A stretch of 64,000 bases of DNA from Leucoraja erinacea (Eukaryota), in contig NC_073387.1 of assembly GCF_028641065.1 (NCBI RefSeq), positions 15,748,001 through 15,812,000 on the forward strand, written 5' to 3'. The number at the start of each line of letters is the position of its first letter. Positions within the stretch are counted from its first letter, which is position 1. This document shows positions 36,005 through 49,740 of the stretch, piece by piece. The translations under genes were made by a program, and so were the position numbers. The notes below the pieces were generated by a model that ran no database searches, was not told where the DNA came from, and saw only the letters and a list, made by a program, of their open reading frames with translations.

Positions 36005-39000
36005 TGTTACATATGCTACATATTCATTGTAGCAGTCCCAACCTCCTGCACTACTTTGTATCAGGCACACTCACCACACACACACACACACTGTGATTAG
36101 GTATGTAAGCACTTTAGTATTACTACGCCACACAGACAAAGGAGCTGAATAAAGGAGTACAATAAGGCAACTGAAACAACCTGAATTGTGTCGTTTATTA
36201 TCAGGATATCAAACACGAAGACACAACATGGTGGCAGCGGTGACTTTCGAGTAAAAAACCGCGCTATTGTGAATCGCTATTGGGAATTAGGAACAGCGGC
36301 TGCAGAGAAATTGATTTTTTTTTTGTGCACCCGCCTAACAACACAAGATGGCGGCCTCCACAGCGGCTGTTGCCGCAGCAATGAACCTCCACCCTACGAT
36401 GAACTGGGACGCCGATGACGTGGTGGAGGCGTTCAAGAAATTCAAACAAAAGAGCCAGCTGGCATTCAAAAGCTTCCTGAAAGGAACTACAGATGAAGAG
36501 AAGGTCAGTTATATTTTACTATGGCTCGGGGAGAAGGGTCTAGACATTTTTAACAGTTGGAGCTTAACAGAGCCCGACTGCAATAATCCGGGAATAGTCC
36601 TTGAAAGGTTTGCGAACCATATGGAGCCCAAATCAAACCACAGAATCCATCGGTATGAGTTCCAAGGGCTAAGACAAGACCCACAAGAAACAACCGACAC
36701 TTTCCTGTCGAGACTAAGGAACGTGGCCAAGAAATGCAGATTTGGTGATGAAGATGACAGAATTGTCGACCAGCTAATATGGGGGTGCGCCCACCAAGAG
36801 GTCCAAAAGTCCCTAATAGGGAAAGACACCCTCAACCTAAAAGACGCCGTAGATGCTGCCAGAGCTTTCGAAGCCACAAGGAAACAAATGTCCTCCCTCT
36901 CCCTTCAAGTTGGCTCATCTCAGAGCAGCACCAAAGTGAATATAGACGCTCTCTCAAAACGTGACCCTGGCTCCACCTTAAAGGCTCCAAAGCAGACATT
37001 TTCTAGGCATGCAAACAAACAAGCAAGCCAAAGAAGCTGCTGGAACTGCGGTACAGAGCATGCATTTGATGATCGCAGGGAGTGCCCAGCATACGGGACT
37101 ACCTGCAACTCCTGTGGGAGGCCTAACCACTGGAAGAAAATGTGTAGGTCAACAAAATCATACAGCACCAAGCCAAAGCAGCAATGGTCAAAGAACGATA
37201 GAAATACGAGAAGGAAACAAATACACGCACACGTCCAACAGGAAGAGGAGATAACCTCAGATACCTCTGAGGAAGAATTCCTTTCCGTTGGGACCATTGA
37301 CGTCCATGAAATGGGAAACAACAAACCACATAGCAACAGAGATGAAGCATATACTATAATACAACTACAGAAAAAAGTGGGAAAGAAAAGAACAACGATT
37401 AATCTAAGACTCAAAATTGATACTGGAGCCCAGAGCAATATCTTACCAGTCAATCTTTACGGAAAGATATTCCCTGAACACATGACAAAAGATGGCAGCG
37501 TCAGGAAAGGAATCCTTGGAAGTAGCGATGTAGTCCTAGCTGCATACGGAGGTTCCATAATCCCACAGCTAGGCAAAACAATCATAGCAGGAACATACAA
37601 AGGGAAAGAAGTGAAATGCCCCTTCTACATCACTAAATCGAAAGGACCTGCTATTCTCGGCCTGAACACGTGCCAAAGACTGAAGATTGTGTCAATCAAC
37701 CATGAAATCAAGACAAATTCCTGCAGAATTGACAGAAACATATCCATCAAAAACCGGCCGCCCATCAGGAACAAAGAAGAATTGATTGACATGTACCCAG
37801 AGTGTTTTGACGATACCGTTGGTTGTTTTGAGGAATACGAATACCATATCACAGTAGACCCCAGTGTGAAACCAGTGATCCACCCACCCCGCCGTGTTCC
37901 CCTTGAACTGAAAGAGAGGCTAAGGGAACAACTAAACGAAATGGAAAAAAAGGGCATCATCACAGCAATAACTAAACCAACTGATTGGGTAAATTCAATT
38001 GTTGTCAAAGAAAAGCCAAACGGAAAACTAAGGGTATGCCTTGATCCCAGGGATCTGAACAATGCATTGAAGCGCGACCATTATCCAACTCCAACCCTTG
38101 AAGAGATCACACCAGCACTGGCTGGTTCCAAGGTGTTCAGCAAGCTGGATGCTAGCAATGGATATTGGAACATCAAAATAGACCGAGAGTCATCAATGCT
38201 CACCACTTTCAACACGCCATTTGGCAGATTCAGATTCAACAGGCTCCCATTCGGGCTGAAGGTGAGTCAAGATGTCTTCCAGCGGAAAATAGATGAAACA
38301 TACAAAGGCTGTAAAGGGGCAATCGGGATAGCAGATGATATCCAAGTATACGGCAGAGATGAAAACACGCATGATTACAACCTCCATGAGGCTATGGAAA
38401 AAACTTGAAGAGCCGGCATAAAGCTCAATGCAGACAAATGCATAATCAAAGAAAGGGAGTGCAAATTCTTTGGACTGATTTACTCTGCAGAAGGAGTGAA
38501 ACCGGACCCTACAAAAGTGGATGCTATCAACCACATGGAGGAACCCAAAGACAAGAAACAGCTAAGAAGTTTCCTAGGGCTCATACAATACATGGGAGTC
38601 TTCATACCTAAGCTTGCTAATCACACAGCAAATCTCCATGAATTGATGAAAGACGACGCTGAATTTGATTGGTGTGCTTCACATAGCCAAGATTTTGGAA
38701 AAATAAAACAACTCATCAGCAAAGAAACGATCCTGCAGTACTATGACAGGCAGAAACCTGTAACACTCCAAGTTGATGCCTCCATGAGAGGAGTTGGAGC
38801 AGTACTGATACAAAATGGCCGACCTATTGCGTATGCATCCAAAGCACTCACTCCTACAGAATCAAGGTACGCAAACATAGAGAGAGAACTCTTAGCAGTA
38901 GTCTATGGCTGCGAGAAATTTCACACTTACCTATATGGAAGGTATTTCGACATTGAAACAGACCACTGCCCTCTAGAACAAATCGAAAAAAAAAACCTCA

Positions 39001-40997
39001 CCAAAGCACCAGCCAGACTACAGAGACTATTACTGAGGCTACAGCACTACGACTACAACATCAGATACAAGCCAGGAAAAGACCTGCTGCTAGCTGACGC
39101 CCTATCCAGACTATCAACACATGACAAACAAGAGATGGAAGGGCTGAGCATAAAGATCCACCACATTGTGAGTGTGACAAGCGTGAAGCTGGAACAGATC
39201 AAAGAGGAAACAGCCAGAGATGAAGAACTCCAGCTCCTCACCCAAATGGTAATACAGGGGTGGCCAGAAAAGAGACAACAAGTTCAGCCTCTCCTCCGCG
39301 AATACTGGACCATCCGTGATGATATTTCGGTAGAGAATGGAGTCCTGATGGCCGGATCACGAATCATCATACCCAAGTCCATGCAAAAAGAAATCCTCGA
39401 AAAGATCCACCAGGGACACTTAGGAATGGAAAAGTGCAGACTCCGTGCTAAATCCGCTGTGTACTGGATAGGCATGTACAAGGACATAGAAAAGCTGGTA
39501 TCTACATGCCACATATGCCAAAAATACAGGAATTCACAACAGAAGGAGGAAATGACACCCAGTGATATCCCAAGCCGGCCATGGCAAACCATCGGAGCAG
39601 ACCTGTTCACAGAGAACCAGCAATGGTATTTGATTATGGCCTGCTACTACTCCAAATTCCCATTTGTGAGAAACGTAAAGGATTTGAAAGCTAAAACAAT
39701 TGTGTCAATTGTTAGAGGGTTGTTTGCAGAGCAAGGAATACCTGAGCAGATCGTATGTGACAATGGAACCCAATTCACATCTCGGGAATTCAGAGAGCTA
39801 GCCACCGAATACGGGTTCAAAATCACAACATCTTCACCACATTACCCAAAGGGCCATGGGTTTATTGAAAGGCAAGTACAGACAGCCAAGAAAACACTAA
39901 TAAAATGCCGAGAGGCAAAGGAGGATCCAAACCTGGCACTTTTATCCTTAAGGGCAACTCCACTAAAGGCTGACATGAAGTCTCCTGCAGAAATGCTAAA
40001 TGGCAGAAAATACAAAACCACCCTGCCAAGCAAAATCCAACCCCCTATCGACCAAGAAGAAACAAGGGCAAAATTGGCAGCTGCTCAGGAGGAGGGGCTG
40101 AAACAATACAACAAAAATGCACAGTACTTGCCTGAACTATTTCAAGGCCAAAACGTACATGCTCAGGATCCAACAACAAAGAAATGGACCCCAGCACAAA
40201 TCACCAGCAGGGCTGGAACCCCAAAATCATATATCATAGAGACAGAACCGGGCAGGCAGTTGAGACGAAACAGAATTCACATCCGCCCGACACCTGAAAT
40301 GTCAACACCTGCAACTTCAAAGACAACACCAGCAACTCCTAGGACACCACCCACAGCAGCAGCAACACCTACCATTGATGACAACACATTCTCACAAACT
40401 GCTACCAGTGAGTCATATAGTCAACCAGCACCAACCAATGGCCAGGAAACAACTCAACAAGTTACCAATACATCGAGTGCAACACTGCAGGCAACAACCA
40501 GATCTACTAGATCCAGGAGCAACATCTTACCCCCAGCGCGTTATCGCTAGCACTGGAAGGGACAAGTCACGCCAAGACATGACTCTTGACTGGCTACACA
40601 CTACCTGAAAGAAAACAAGCTGCCATTATATATTTTGTTGTGTAGTATATTAGAAAGCAGAATGCCAGAATGTGGGCAGAATAATCCCACGGTATCTGCT
40701 ACAGGATTGCCACCCTCGCTCTGGCAATCCTCTAGTGTCACTAATTTTTGTTCCTTTCTTTTGAGAAGGGGGGATGTTACATATGCTACATATTCATTGT
40801 AGCAGTCCCAACCTCCTGCACTACTTTGTATCAGGCACACTCACCACACACACACACACTGTGATTAGGTATGTAAGCACTTTTAGTATTACTACGCCAC
40901 ACAGACAAATGAGCTGAATAAAGGAGTACAATAAGGCAACTGAAACAACCTGAATTGTGTCGTTTATTATCAGGATATCAAACACGAAGACACAACA
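36005..40997 (+). mobile_element. Full-length Ty3/Gypsy LTR retrotransposon
   Basis: LTRs 36005-36228 and 40775-40997 (TG...CA), TSD GGGAG, PBS TGGTGGCAGCGGTG (tRNA-Leu-like) at 36229, PPT gagaagggggga at 40763-40774. Confidence 0.97.
36348..40550 (+). pseudogene. Gag-Pol polyprotein with a single in-frame TGA at 38406-38408
   Basis: Zinc knuckle (CNSCGRPNHWKKMC), protease IDTGA, RT IADD, RNase H (DAS...ERELLAV), integrase (H..HLG..C..C, D, DNG, E). ORFs 36348-38408 and 38496-40550 are in the same frame and the sequence between them is open. Confidence 0.93.
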
Positions 40998-40999
40998 GG

Positions 41000-43900
41000 G
41001 AGAGAGAGGGGGAAGGGAGGGGAGAGAGAGATGGGGAGGGGAGAGAGAGATGGGGAGGGGAGAGGGAAAGGGGGATTATCTTTAGTGAGATTGCAAAATT
41101 AAGGTAGGTTTTAGAGCTATAATATTTTCTCCTCCATATGAATAATATTAAAAAATATCAAATAATATCAAACAATTGGAATTGCTTTATTTTCCTTGGT
41201 AACAATACAAAATGAATTCCATAGTTTGTGACATAAATACACATTTTAATGGGATCATTATATACAGATGTAACATTTCTTTTTCGAGATCGGGGGGTGG
41301 GGGGGGGGTGTTGGGGGCAAATAAGCGTCAAGCCGATAGCCTAATCGTTAAAGAGTTAAAAGCTAGCCTAATCGATAAAGAGCTGAGAAGAGGAATCAGA
41401 GCTGCCAAATAAAGGTACTCTGAGAAGTTGAGGAGCAAGTTCTCAGCTAATGACTCATCTTCAGTTTGAAAGGGCATGCAAGAAATCACCAGCTGTAAGA
41501 GGCAAGCCCCCGCTCTTTGTGCAATCATCAGCTGACGAATGACCTGAATGAGTTTTACTGCAGGTTTGAAAATCAGAAACGTAACCCTGGTACCCCTTCC
41601 CCAACAAATACAGCCAGACCCCAGTTTGCAAAGAATGGACCCTGCACCCTCTCCTTCCCATTCACCACTTCACACCTACTTAAGGCAAGACTCTAGTATG
41701 GTAAGAGTGGACCATTTCCCACCCCAACCAACACTTCACACACACCCACAGCCTGACCTCAGTCTGCAAAGACTGGGCCCTTCTACACTCACCCCACTCC
41801 AATCACCACTTCACACCCAATTACTAATTTTTAACCTGCAAATATACACTGTCCCTGCCTGCTTTAAAGTTTCCACTATTGTCTCTGTACCCAAAAGGTA
41901 AGGATTACTGGTCTTAATGACTACAGGCTTGTCGCACTGACCTCTGTAGTCATGAAGACCGTTGAAAGGCTTGTGCTGGCCAAGCTGAAAAATATCACAA
42001 TCCCTCTGCTGGGCCATCTACATTTTGCATATTGGGCCATTAGACCTGTGGATGACGCAGTCAATCTGGGCGTGCACTTCATCCTCCAGCACCTAGACTG
42101 CCAGGGGACCTATGTGAGGATTTTGTTTTATTGATTTTAGCTCTGCATTCAATACCATTGTGCCAGAGCTACTACGCTCCAAACTTTCTGAGTTGACTGT
42201 GCCTGAACCCCTCTGTCGGTGGATCACCAGCTTTCTGACAGACAGGAAGCAGCATGTGAGGCGGGAAAGCATATCTCGGACATGCAAATGCTCAGCATAG
42301 GAGCACCGCAAGATGCGTACTCTCCCCTCTCCTCTACTCTACTCTCGCCACACCAATTACTGCACCTCCACAGACACCTCTGTCAAGCTTCTCAAGTTTG
42401 CGGATGACACAACCCTGATTGGACTGATCCAGGATGGGGATATCTGTACTCTTTTCAGTTTGATATCTTTCCTATAACATGGTGCCCAGAACTGAACACA
42501 ATATTCTAAATGCGGTCCCACCAACGTCTTATACAACTGCAACATGACCTCACAACTTCTATACTCAATACTCTGACTGATGAAGGCCAAAGTGCCAAAA
42601 TACTTTTTGACCACCTGATATACCTGCGACACGACCTTCAAGGAACCATGCAACCATCAACCATTCCTCTGTCCACCTGGCTAATTGATCCAGTTCCAGC
42701 TGCAATCTTTCACAACCATCTTCACTATCTGCAAAACCACTCACTTCTGTATCATCAGCATATTTGCTAATCTTGCCCTGTTCTGTGATGTTTCACAGAG
42801 TGCTGGAGTAACTCAGTGGGTCAGGCTGAGTATAGAAGTTGGGAGGTCATGTTGCAGTTGCATAAGAAGTTGGTGAGGCCGCATTCAGAGTATTGTGTTC
42901 AGTTCTGGGCACCATGTTATAGGAAATATGTCATCAAACTGGAAAGGGTACAGTGAAGATTTATGAGGATGTTGCCTGGATTAGAGGGCCAGAGCTATAG
43001 GGAGAGGTTGAGTAGGCTGGGACTCTATTTCATGGAACACAGGAGTTTGAGGGATGATCTAATAGAGGTGTATAGAATCATGATTTTAATAGATATGGTT
43101 CAGTCTTTTGCCCAGAGTAAGTGAATTGAGGGGCAGAGGACATAAGTTTAAGGTGAACGGCAAAAGATTTAATAGGAATCTGTGGGGTATGTTTTTCACA
43201 CAAAGGGTGGTAGGTGTATGGAACAAGCTGCCAGAGGAGGTAGTTGAGGCAGGGACTATAGCAAAATTTAAGAAACAGTTAGACACGTACATGGATAGGA
43301 CAGGTTCGGAGGGATATGGATCAAACGTGGGCAGGTGGGTCTAGTGCAGATGGAACATGCTGGGCCGAAGGGCCTGTTTCCACACTTTATCACTCTATGA
43401 CTCTATCTTTCCATCTCAAACCCATTCTCCTGCCTTCTCCCCATTACCTCTGACACCCATATCAATCAAGAATCTATCAATCATCTCCTGAAAATGTCCA
43501 TTGACTTGACCTCCACAACTGTCTGTGGCAATAAATTCCACAGTTCATCACCCTCTGACAAGAAATTCCTGCTCATCTCCTTCCTAAAGGAATGTCTTAT
43601 AATTCTGAGGCTGTGGCCACTGGTCCTAGACTCTCCCACTAGTGGAAAGATCCTCTCCAAATCCACTCCATCCAGGTTTTTACCAGGCTGGGACAGACGG
43701 CAACAGCTCCACACCATGCCCCAAAGCTTGTGTCCTGTCCTGCATCACACAAGGCAGCAGAGACATTATAGGAGAGGGCAAGCACTGTAACAAATTAGCT
43801 CACGATGGTTTGGGTAACATTCAGGAATGTCTATGCATGTCACATCATGAATATTACTGAAGAACGGTCTTGACCTAAAATATAATCTATACCTTTTCTC

Positions 43901-44690
43901 CAGAGATGCTGCCTGACCCACTGAGTTACTCCAGCACTCTGTGACATGTCTCCTATCCATGTTCTCCACAGATGCTGCCTGACTTGCTGAGTTACTCCAG
44001 CACTCTGTGAAACGTCGCCTATTCATATTTTCCGCAGATGCTGCCTGACCCACTGAGTTACTCCAGCACTTTGTGACTATTTTCCCTTCACCCATCTGCC
44101 CAAGCCCACTCTCCTCCCCTCCTTTCCTATGTTCCTTTCCACCCATAAACCTCTCTCTGCCTTTACATTTCACTCCTCTTTCAAATCTGCTCAACTTATC
44201 TACATGCATTTTTCTTCGTCACTTTTTAGTCATAGAATGATGCAGTGTGGAAACAGGCCCTTCAGCCCAACTTGTCCACACCGACCGACATGTCCAATTA
44301 AACTAGTCCCACTAACACGCGTTTGGCCCATATCCATCTAAACCTGTTCTATCCATTTACGTGTCCAAATGCCTCTTAAACATTAGGATAGTCCCAGCCT
44401 TAACTACCTCCTCTGGCAGCTCGTTACATAAACCCAGCACCCTTTTGTGTGAAAAAGCTACCTCTCAGATACCTGTTAATTTCTGAACTATTGGTCATAG
44501 ATTTGGTTCAAAAATGCTCTAAAATAAGGTTCAGAATGGATCAGAGAGCATCTAAAACCCCTGAGCTTCCAGGGCCCTGGACCCTGGCATTGAGGGACCT
44601 CACGCTTCGCGCTCGTGATGTGCGCAACACGCACATTGTTTTACATTAAGTTTTTTGTAATCCTGTCATGCCACCCCCCTTATTGAAAAG
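41000..44690. repeat. Segmental duplicate of intronic block about 11650-16030
   Basis: Same ordered mosaic of Rex1, CR1 and SINE pieces with the same junctions; lacks the Helitron-like insertion. Confidence 0.88.
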
Positions 44691-44705
44691 CTCCATAAGG
44701 GCCTG

Positions 44706-46960
44706 TAGTTGGGTGAATGTTGTATTGAGTACAGCCAATTTGAAACTCCTGACCCTGGGCCACTGTAGAATCGGCCGCCCACAATTACACGGGAAAATTA
44801 CATTCGCTCGGTGGACTATGTAACTGGAATATTGTCACTTCTGTAATCTGGGATTTCACGACTATATTCAACCGCTATCGGTTTGCCTTGTCCGAAATCA
44901 CTCATCTGAACTCCGCCTTTAAATTTTTGATCCAATTACTTACGATGACTTGATAAATGGTATCAACTAAATTAAACCTCGCTATTGAGTCACTGAACAG
45001 AGGCAACAGAATGGAAGGGACATTAAGTATTCTCAGAAGGTCCCAGGAAGTTGTCGGCGAAACAGGAAAATAAATATTTAATTTAGATTGACTAGGAAAC
45101 CAGTTGTAAACTGGCATATGCTGGTCATTTAGCTGTGAGAAACACCCTCCATTCAGTTACTGGGGAAATAAAGGAGACAAAACAAAATTAATAAAGTTTG
45201 TATACACTTGTAAAATCTAAAATGGAACAAGCTGATTGAACAAGTGATAAATCAGTTTACAGGACATCCAACATTGTTCAGTTTCTGGATACATTTTAAA
45301 CCACGGTTTGCCTTGACTGAACCGACTCATCTGTACGCCGACATTTAAATTCTTGACCAACTTCCTTCCTGCTTCTCAGCAGAGTGGTTTTAACTCATTT
45401 GTACCTCACTAGTCAGTCAATTAATTGAGCAGGTAACAGTCCCGGAGGATTGCCGGAGAAATGGGAAAAATAAAACCACATTGGCATGGAAACATTAGAT
45501 TGACCAGGCAACAAATTGGAAAGCCCAAAGGGGTAAAATGGTAGATGGTGCTAATTTAGCTTCATTAAGTTTCTAGTGGAAACAACGGAGACACAAATAC
45601 ATTGATAAAGTTTCGTGTTGGAAGGAACTGCAGATGCTGCTTTATACCGAATATGGCACAAAAGTAACCTGGCGGGACCGGCAGCATCTCTTGGAAGAAG
45701 GAATGGGTCGACGAAGTCTGGGTCTGAAGAAGGGTCTCGTCCCGAAACATCACCCATTCTTTCTCTCCAGAGATGCTGCCTGTCCTGCTGAGTTACTCCA
45801 GCATTTTGTATCTCTCTTCATTATTAATTAAGTTTCTATGTCCTTGCAAAATCTAAATCAAAACACACTGTATCAGTCTAGTAAATGGTTGTAGGAGTGA
45901 CATATCACACGTTGGAAATTATTTAACACGGAGTTCCGTTTCTAGATCCCATTTAAACCACTCCTTTTCCTGAAGTGAACCTGTAGTAAGGTCGCCTACC
46001 TTGTGGGAAGAGACTGGTGAACGAGTCCAGAGACTGGGCAGCAAAGCTCTAAGCACGGCGACACATTGAGTTGCCCAATCTCACTCTGCACAATACCAAC
46101 GTTGTGTCTTATGAAACTACTGTCAGTCTGCCCTCTCCTCATTCTCATCCACTTCACCTCCCAGTACTTTTCCACCGGTCCTTCCTTCTCCACGCCTGCC
46201 ACTCCCCTCTCATCAGCCTAACTCTCCTCACCTGTTGCACTCAGTTGCCTCTGATCACCTATTAACCCGGTATATATAGACTCTCCTCACCGTTCACACA
46301 GTGCCAGATTGTTCTCAGCATTCATGCAAGACTCTCCAGCGGTTTCCCAACTGTCTACACAGATTTGAACCAGTCTGCCCCTGACCATTCCGTCCTGTCG
46401 TCTTCCCGGATAGCACCTCAGCCTTCTGTCCCTGACCACGGCTTTTGTCCCGTATCTCCTGGTTTCTGTCTGCCTCTCTCCTGGGCTGTTTGGTGTATCC
46501 CTGCAACGGCTCCTCGACTTCCTGCCTGGCTTCGACTCTCCTTTCATCTGTCCCTCACTGGTTTGTTTGCATCGTGTGTTGGATCTCCTGGTTACCGGAC
46601 CTTCCGCTACCCCGACTACATCTCCTGCCTGCCCCTCTTTGGAACCCTCGCTCAATCCTGAGCCTCTGTGTGAGTACGGTGTACCCATTCCTGTGTTACT
46701 ACTCTGTGTTACAGTATCGTAATAAAGTTCATTACCCATTATACCTGCCTGATTCTGTGCTGCTATTGGGTCCAAGCTATACCCGTTACAACTACAGGAC
46801 CTTCCTCTTCCTCTCCTGCTCAGGGTTCAGACATCACTTCTGTTGAAAGCGTTTGCGTCAGTGTAAAATCCCATCTTGTAAAACCTTATTTCGGCAAAGT
46901 AAAATTGGAATTTACTGAGCTCATACATGCATTGGATGCGTTGAGATATGGAACCTCATT
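44706..46960. repeat. Copies C (44706-45303) and D (45304-46960) of the gene 5'-flank unit
   Basis: C matches 32690-33270 closely. D matches B and carries a solo LTR. Confidence 0.82.
46121..46790 (+). mobile_element. Solo LTR
   Basis: TG...CA termini, 5-bp TSD ACTAC (46116-46120 and 46791-46795), AATAAA near 46720. The empty site is visible in copy E (about 52500). Confidence 0.85.
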
Positions 46961-49740
46961 TTTCTAAAGGTTATTGGAGGATAACAAATGTCAATGGCAA
47001 TGGAAAATGAGAGAATCTATTGTTTTGTAATGATGAGTATGTGTCTTTTTTTTTGCATCTTTCGTGAGGTTCTGATTTAGTTTGGTTTTGAGGTACAGTA
47101 TGGAAACAAGTCCTTCAACCCTCCATCCACGCCGATCACTGATCACCCGTATCACTCTTGTTCTGTGATCTCACTTTCCCATTCACTCCCCACACTCCAG
47201 GCACTTTATGGAGGTCAAGTAACCTACAACCCAACTCATTCGTGGGATGTGGTAGGAAACTAATGCACCTGAATGAAATCCACGTGGCCACAGGGAGCGT
47301 GCTATCTACACCTACAGAGCACCCGAGGTCAGGATTGAACCCTGGTTTCCGGCACTGTGAGGCAGCAGCTTTGACATTTGTGCCACTATGGTGTGGGTGG
47401 TTTGGCAGTTTACAACAATGTGAGTTTTGGATTGAGGAGAACACAAATGAACAGATGTGATAATAAAATGCTGTATTATTCAGTTATTCCAACATTGAGT
47501 GTAATTATCTCCTGAGTTTCACACAAGGTAAAACCACCAGTCACCATTCTCATGATCATCTAATTTCTTCTCCAAATCAAACCGTGCAGTTTGCACCAAG
47601 ACCTTCACGACATCTGGGATTAAATCGTGTCCCTTCCAGTTCGATTCAGTTTAGTTCGGTGTCATGTATCTGAGGTAAAGAGAAAAGCTTTTGCTGAGTG
47701 CTAACCAGCCTGGGGAAAGACAAGTATCATTAATGCTATTCACAACTGGTTAGAATTGTTTCTTGTAACACATGTTCAAGCGAATGACTGTGTGATGTTT
47801 GAAATGTCTATGATAATTGCATAAACAGAATCTGTTGTTTTGTAATTAAGTGTACGGTCAACATTCTTGCCTGTTCATGCTGTAGCTGGTCCGATAGTTC
47901 AAACCGATATTCAATTACATCAGATCATGGTGGAGGTTGGACTTAGGAGGTCACAAATGAGCTGCATATGATAATCAAGCTATTACGATTTTACAAAGTA
48001 AGTCCAATACTAAGAGCAATTTTCTCCTGAGTTCTCAATTTCACTCAAGGTCGAACCTGTCATCAAACATTTTCACAATCACAAGTTTTTCCCGATGTCA
48101 TTTGGTGTTCTCCAAGCCTAACTCATGGTTGCACCAAGATCTTCACAGCCTGGAGATATAGACACGAGAGATACATTGTGTTCCAGGAGTACACTGGCCC
48201 TATTCCCGAACTCTATCCCCATTACATTGATGACTGCATCGGTGCTAGAAAATATATCCACTATATGCAAGCACAATCCATACCCAGAATTGCTTGGTCA
48301 AGTTAGCGGAGTGGCACAAGTTGACCCAGTTAGTCACCATCATAACTTGGAAATACATTGCTGGTCCTTCATTATTTGTGGGGCCTTTCTCCTATCATTT
48401 ACATTATTTATTAAACACCTCAGTGGTGAAATAAGGATGTTCACATCCTCATGGGTTAAAATTGGAAGCCTGAGCACTGAGGCCCACACCCAAAAACATT
48501 GACATAAGCAAAAATGTTGGAGGGAATCACAAAGTGCCGCTCATCATCAGCTCAGGAGTTAGTGTCATCCTCATCGTGACAATAATCTAATCCGTCTCCT
48601 TCCTTAATCCGAGTTAACAGCTCAATTCCCCCATATTGTGTGAATTCTGCAGAGAAATACAATTCATTTTTACTGCTGCTTCACCCTCTGTTTTGATATT
48701 TTTCCGCAGCTCCTGAATCTTTTTCTTCGTAATTCATCTCATCTCCCCCTCAATAGACACATGACCCAATGCACACATGCTGACCAACATGTCCAACTGT
48801 CCCCATCACAATTGACTGCGCCTGGCCCATGTCTCTCCAAACATGTCTTTGTGCTCTCCTTACCAGAGAAAGGGTTTTTTAGCCACAGAGATAATGCAGC
48901 CAAGGCTGACCAGACTGATTCCTGGCATGGCAGGACTAATGTGTAAGGAGAAGAAGAGCTAACTGAGCCAGTAGTCACTGGAGTTTGGAAGACTTAAACA
49001 CGACCTCTCCAAATTAAACAAAATTCAAAACAGAACTAGACAGACTATTACGTAAGGATATTTCCAGTGACTGTAGGATCTGGAACAAGGGGTTTTGGAC
49101 TCAAGATAAGGGGTGAGACATTTAGGTGCTGAGAATTTTTTTCATTGTGAATATGGTGAGCCATTGAAATTCACCCCACAGAAAATGGTGGATCGCAGGT
49201 CACTGAATCTAGGGAATGGATTTATTTGACATAAAATACTTCAAAATATATCTGGAGAGAATTGGAATATGAGATTGTTTTGAATGATTGAACAGGCTCA
49301 AAGTGACAAATAATTCACCCCCAATTCTCTTTTGCATGTTTCAATACGTTTGGGGATGGTTTGATGTTTTATTTGTCCTTCACACTTCTGATATTTATTT
49401 ACACATTGTGAAATGTAGTTGAGATAAAAAAAGAGGAAGTGAAACAGCCCAGAGGTCAGAATAGATGAATCTATTGTGGTTAAATTGTAAGACCGCTCTT
49501 CATGCAGCCTTGACCATTGCTCTGAATTTTGCATCAGGTCCTGAATGTGATATGGGGAAAGGCAGAATCCTTGCACCCTTAAAACCTCACATTTTTTATA
49601 TTCAAATATAAACTTTATTTCAGAATTAAACATAGATACAAAACTAGTCTGAAGGGTCCCAAATCAAAACTATCCTTGTCCTCCAGGAATGCTGCCTGAC
49701 ACACTGAGTTACTCCAGTATTTTATGTCTTTCCTTAGTAA
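46960..49740. repeat. Unit duplicated at 62470-64000
   Basis: Collinear homology, for example aaatgtcaa...aatgagagaatctatt and ttgcaccaagatcttcacagcctggagata. The second copy lacks about 48300-49190. Confidence 0.85.
48160..48250 (+). mobile_element. Penelope-like RT remnant
   Basis: Translates as FQEYTGPIPELYPHYIDDCIGA (YIDD motif); duplicated at about 63390-63470. Confidence 0.5.

Noticed and set aside
47510-48740. Minus-strand exon-like snippets (DVVKVLVQTARFDLEKK; ITKKKIQELRKNIK)
   Set aside because: Short, interrupted by stops in the related copies, and no family recognisable; cannot be supported without a homology search.
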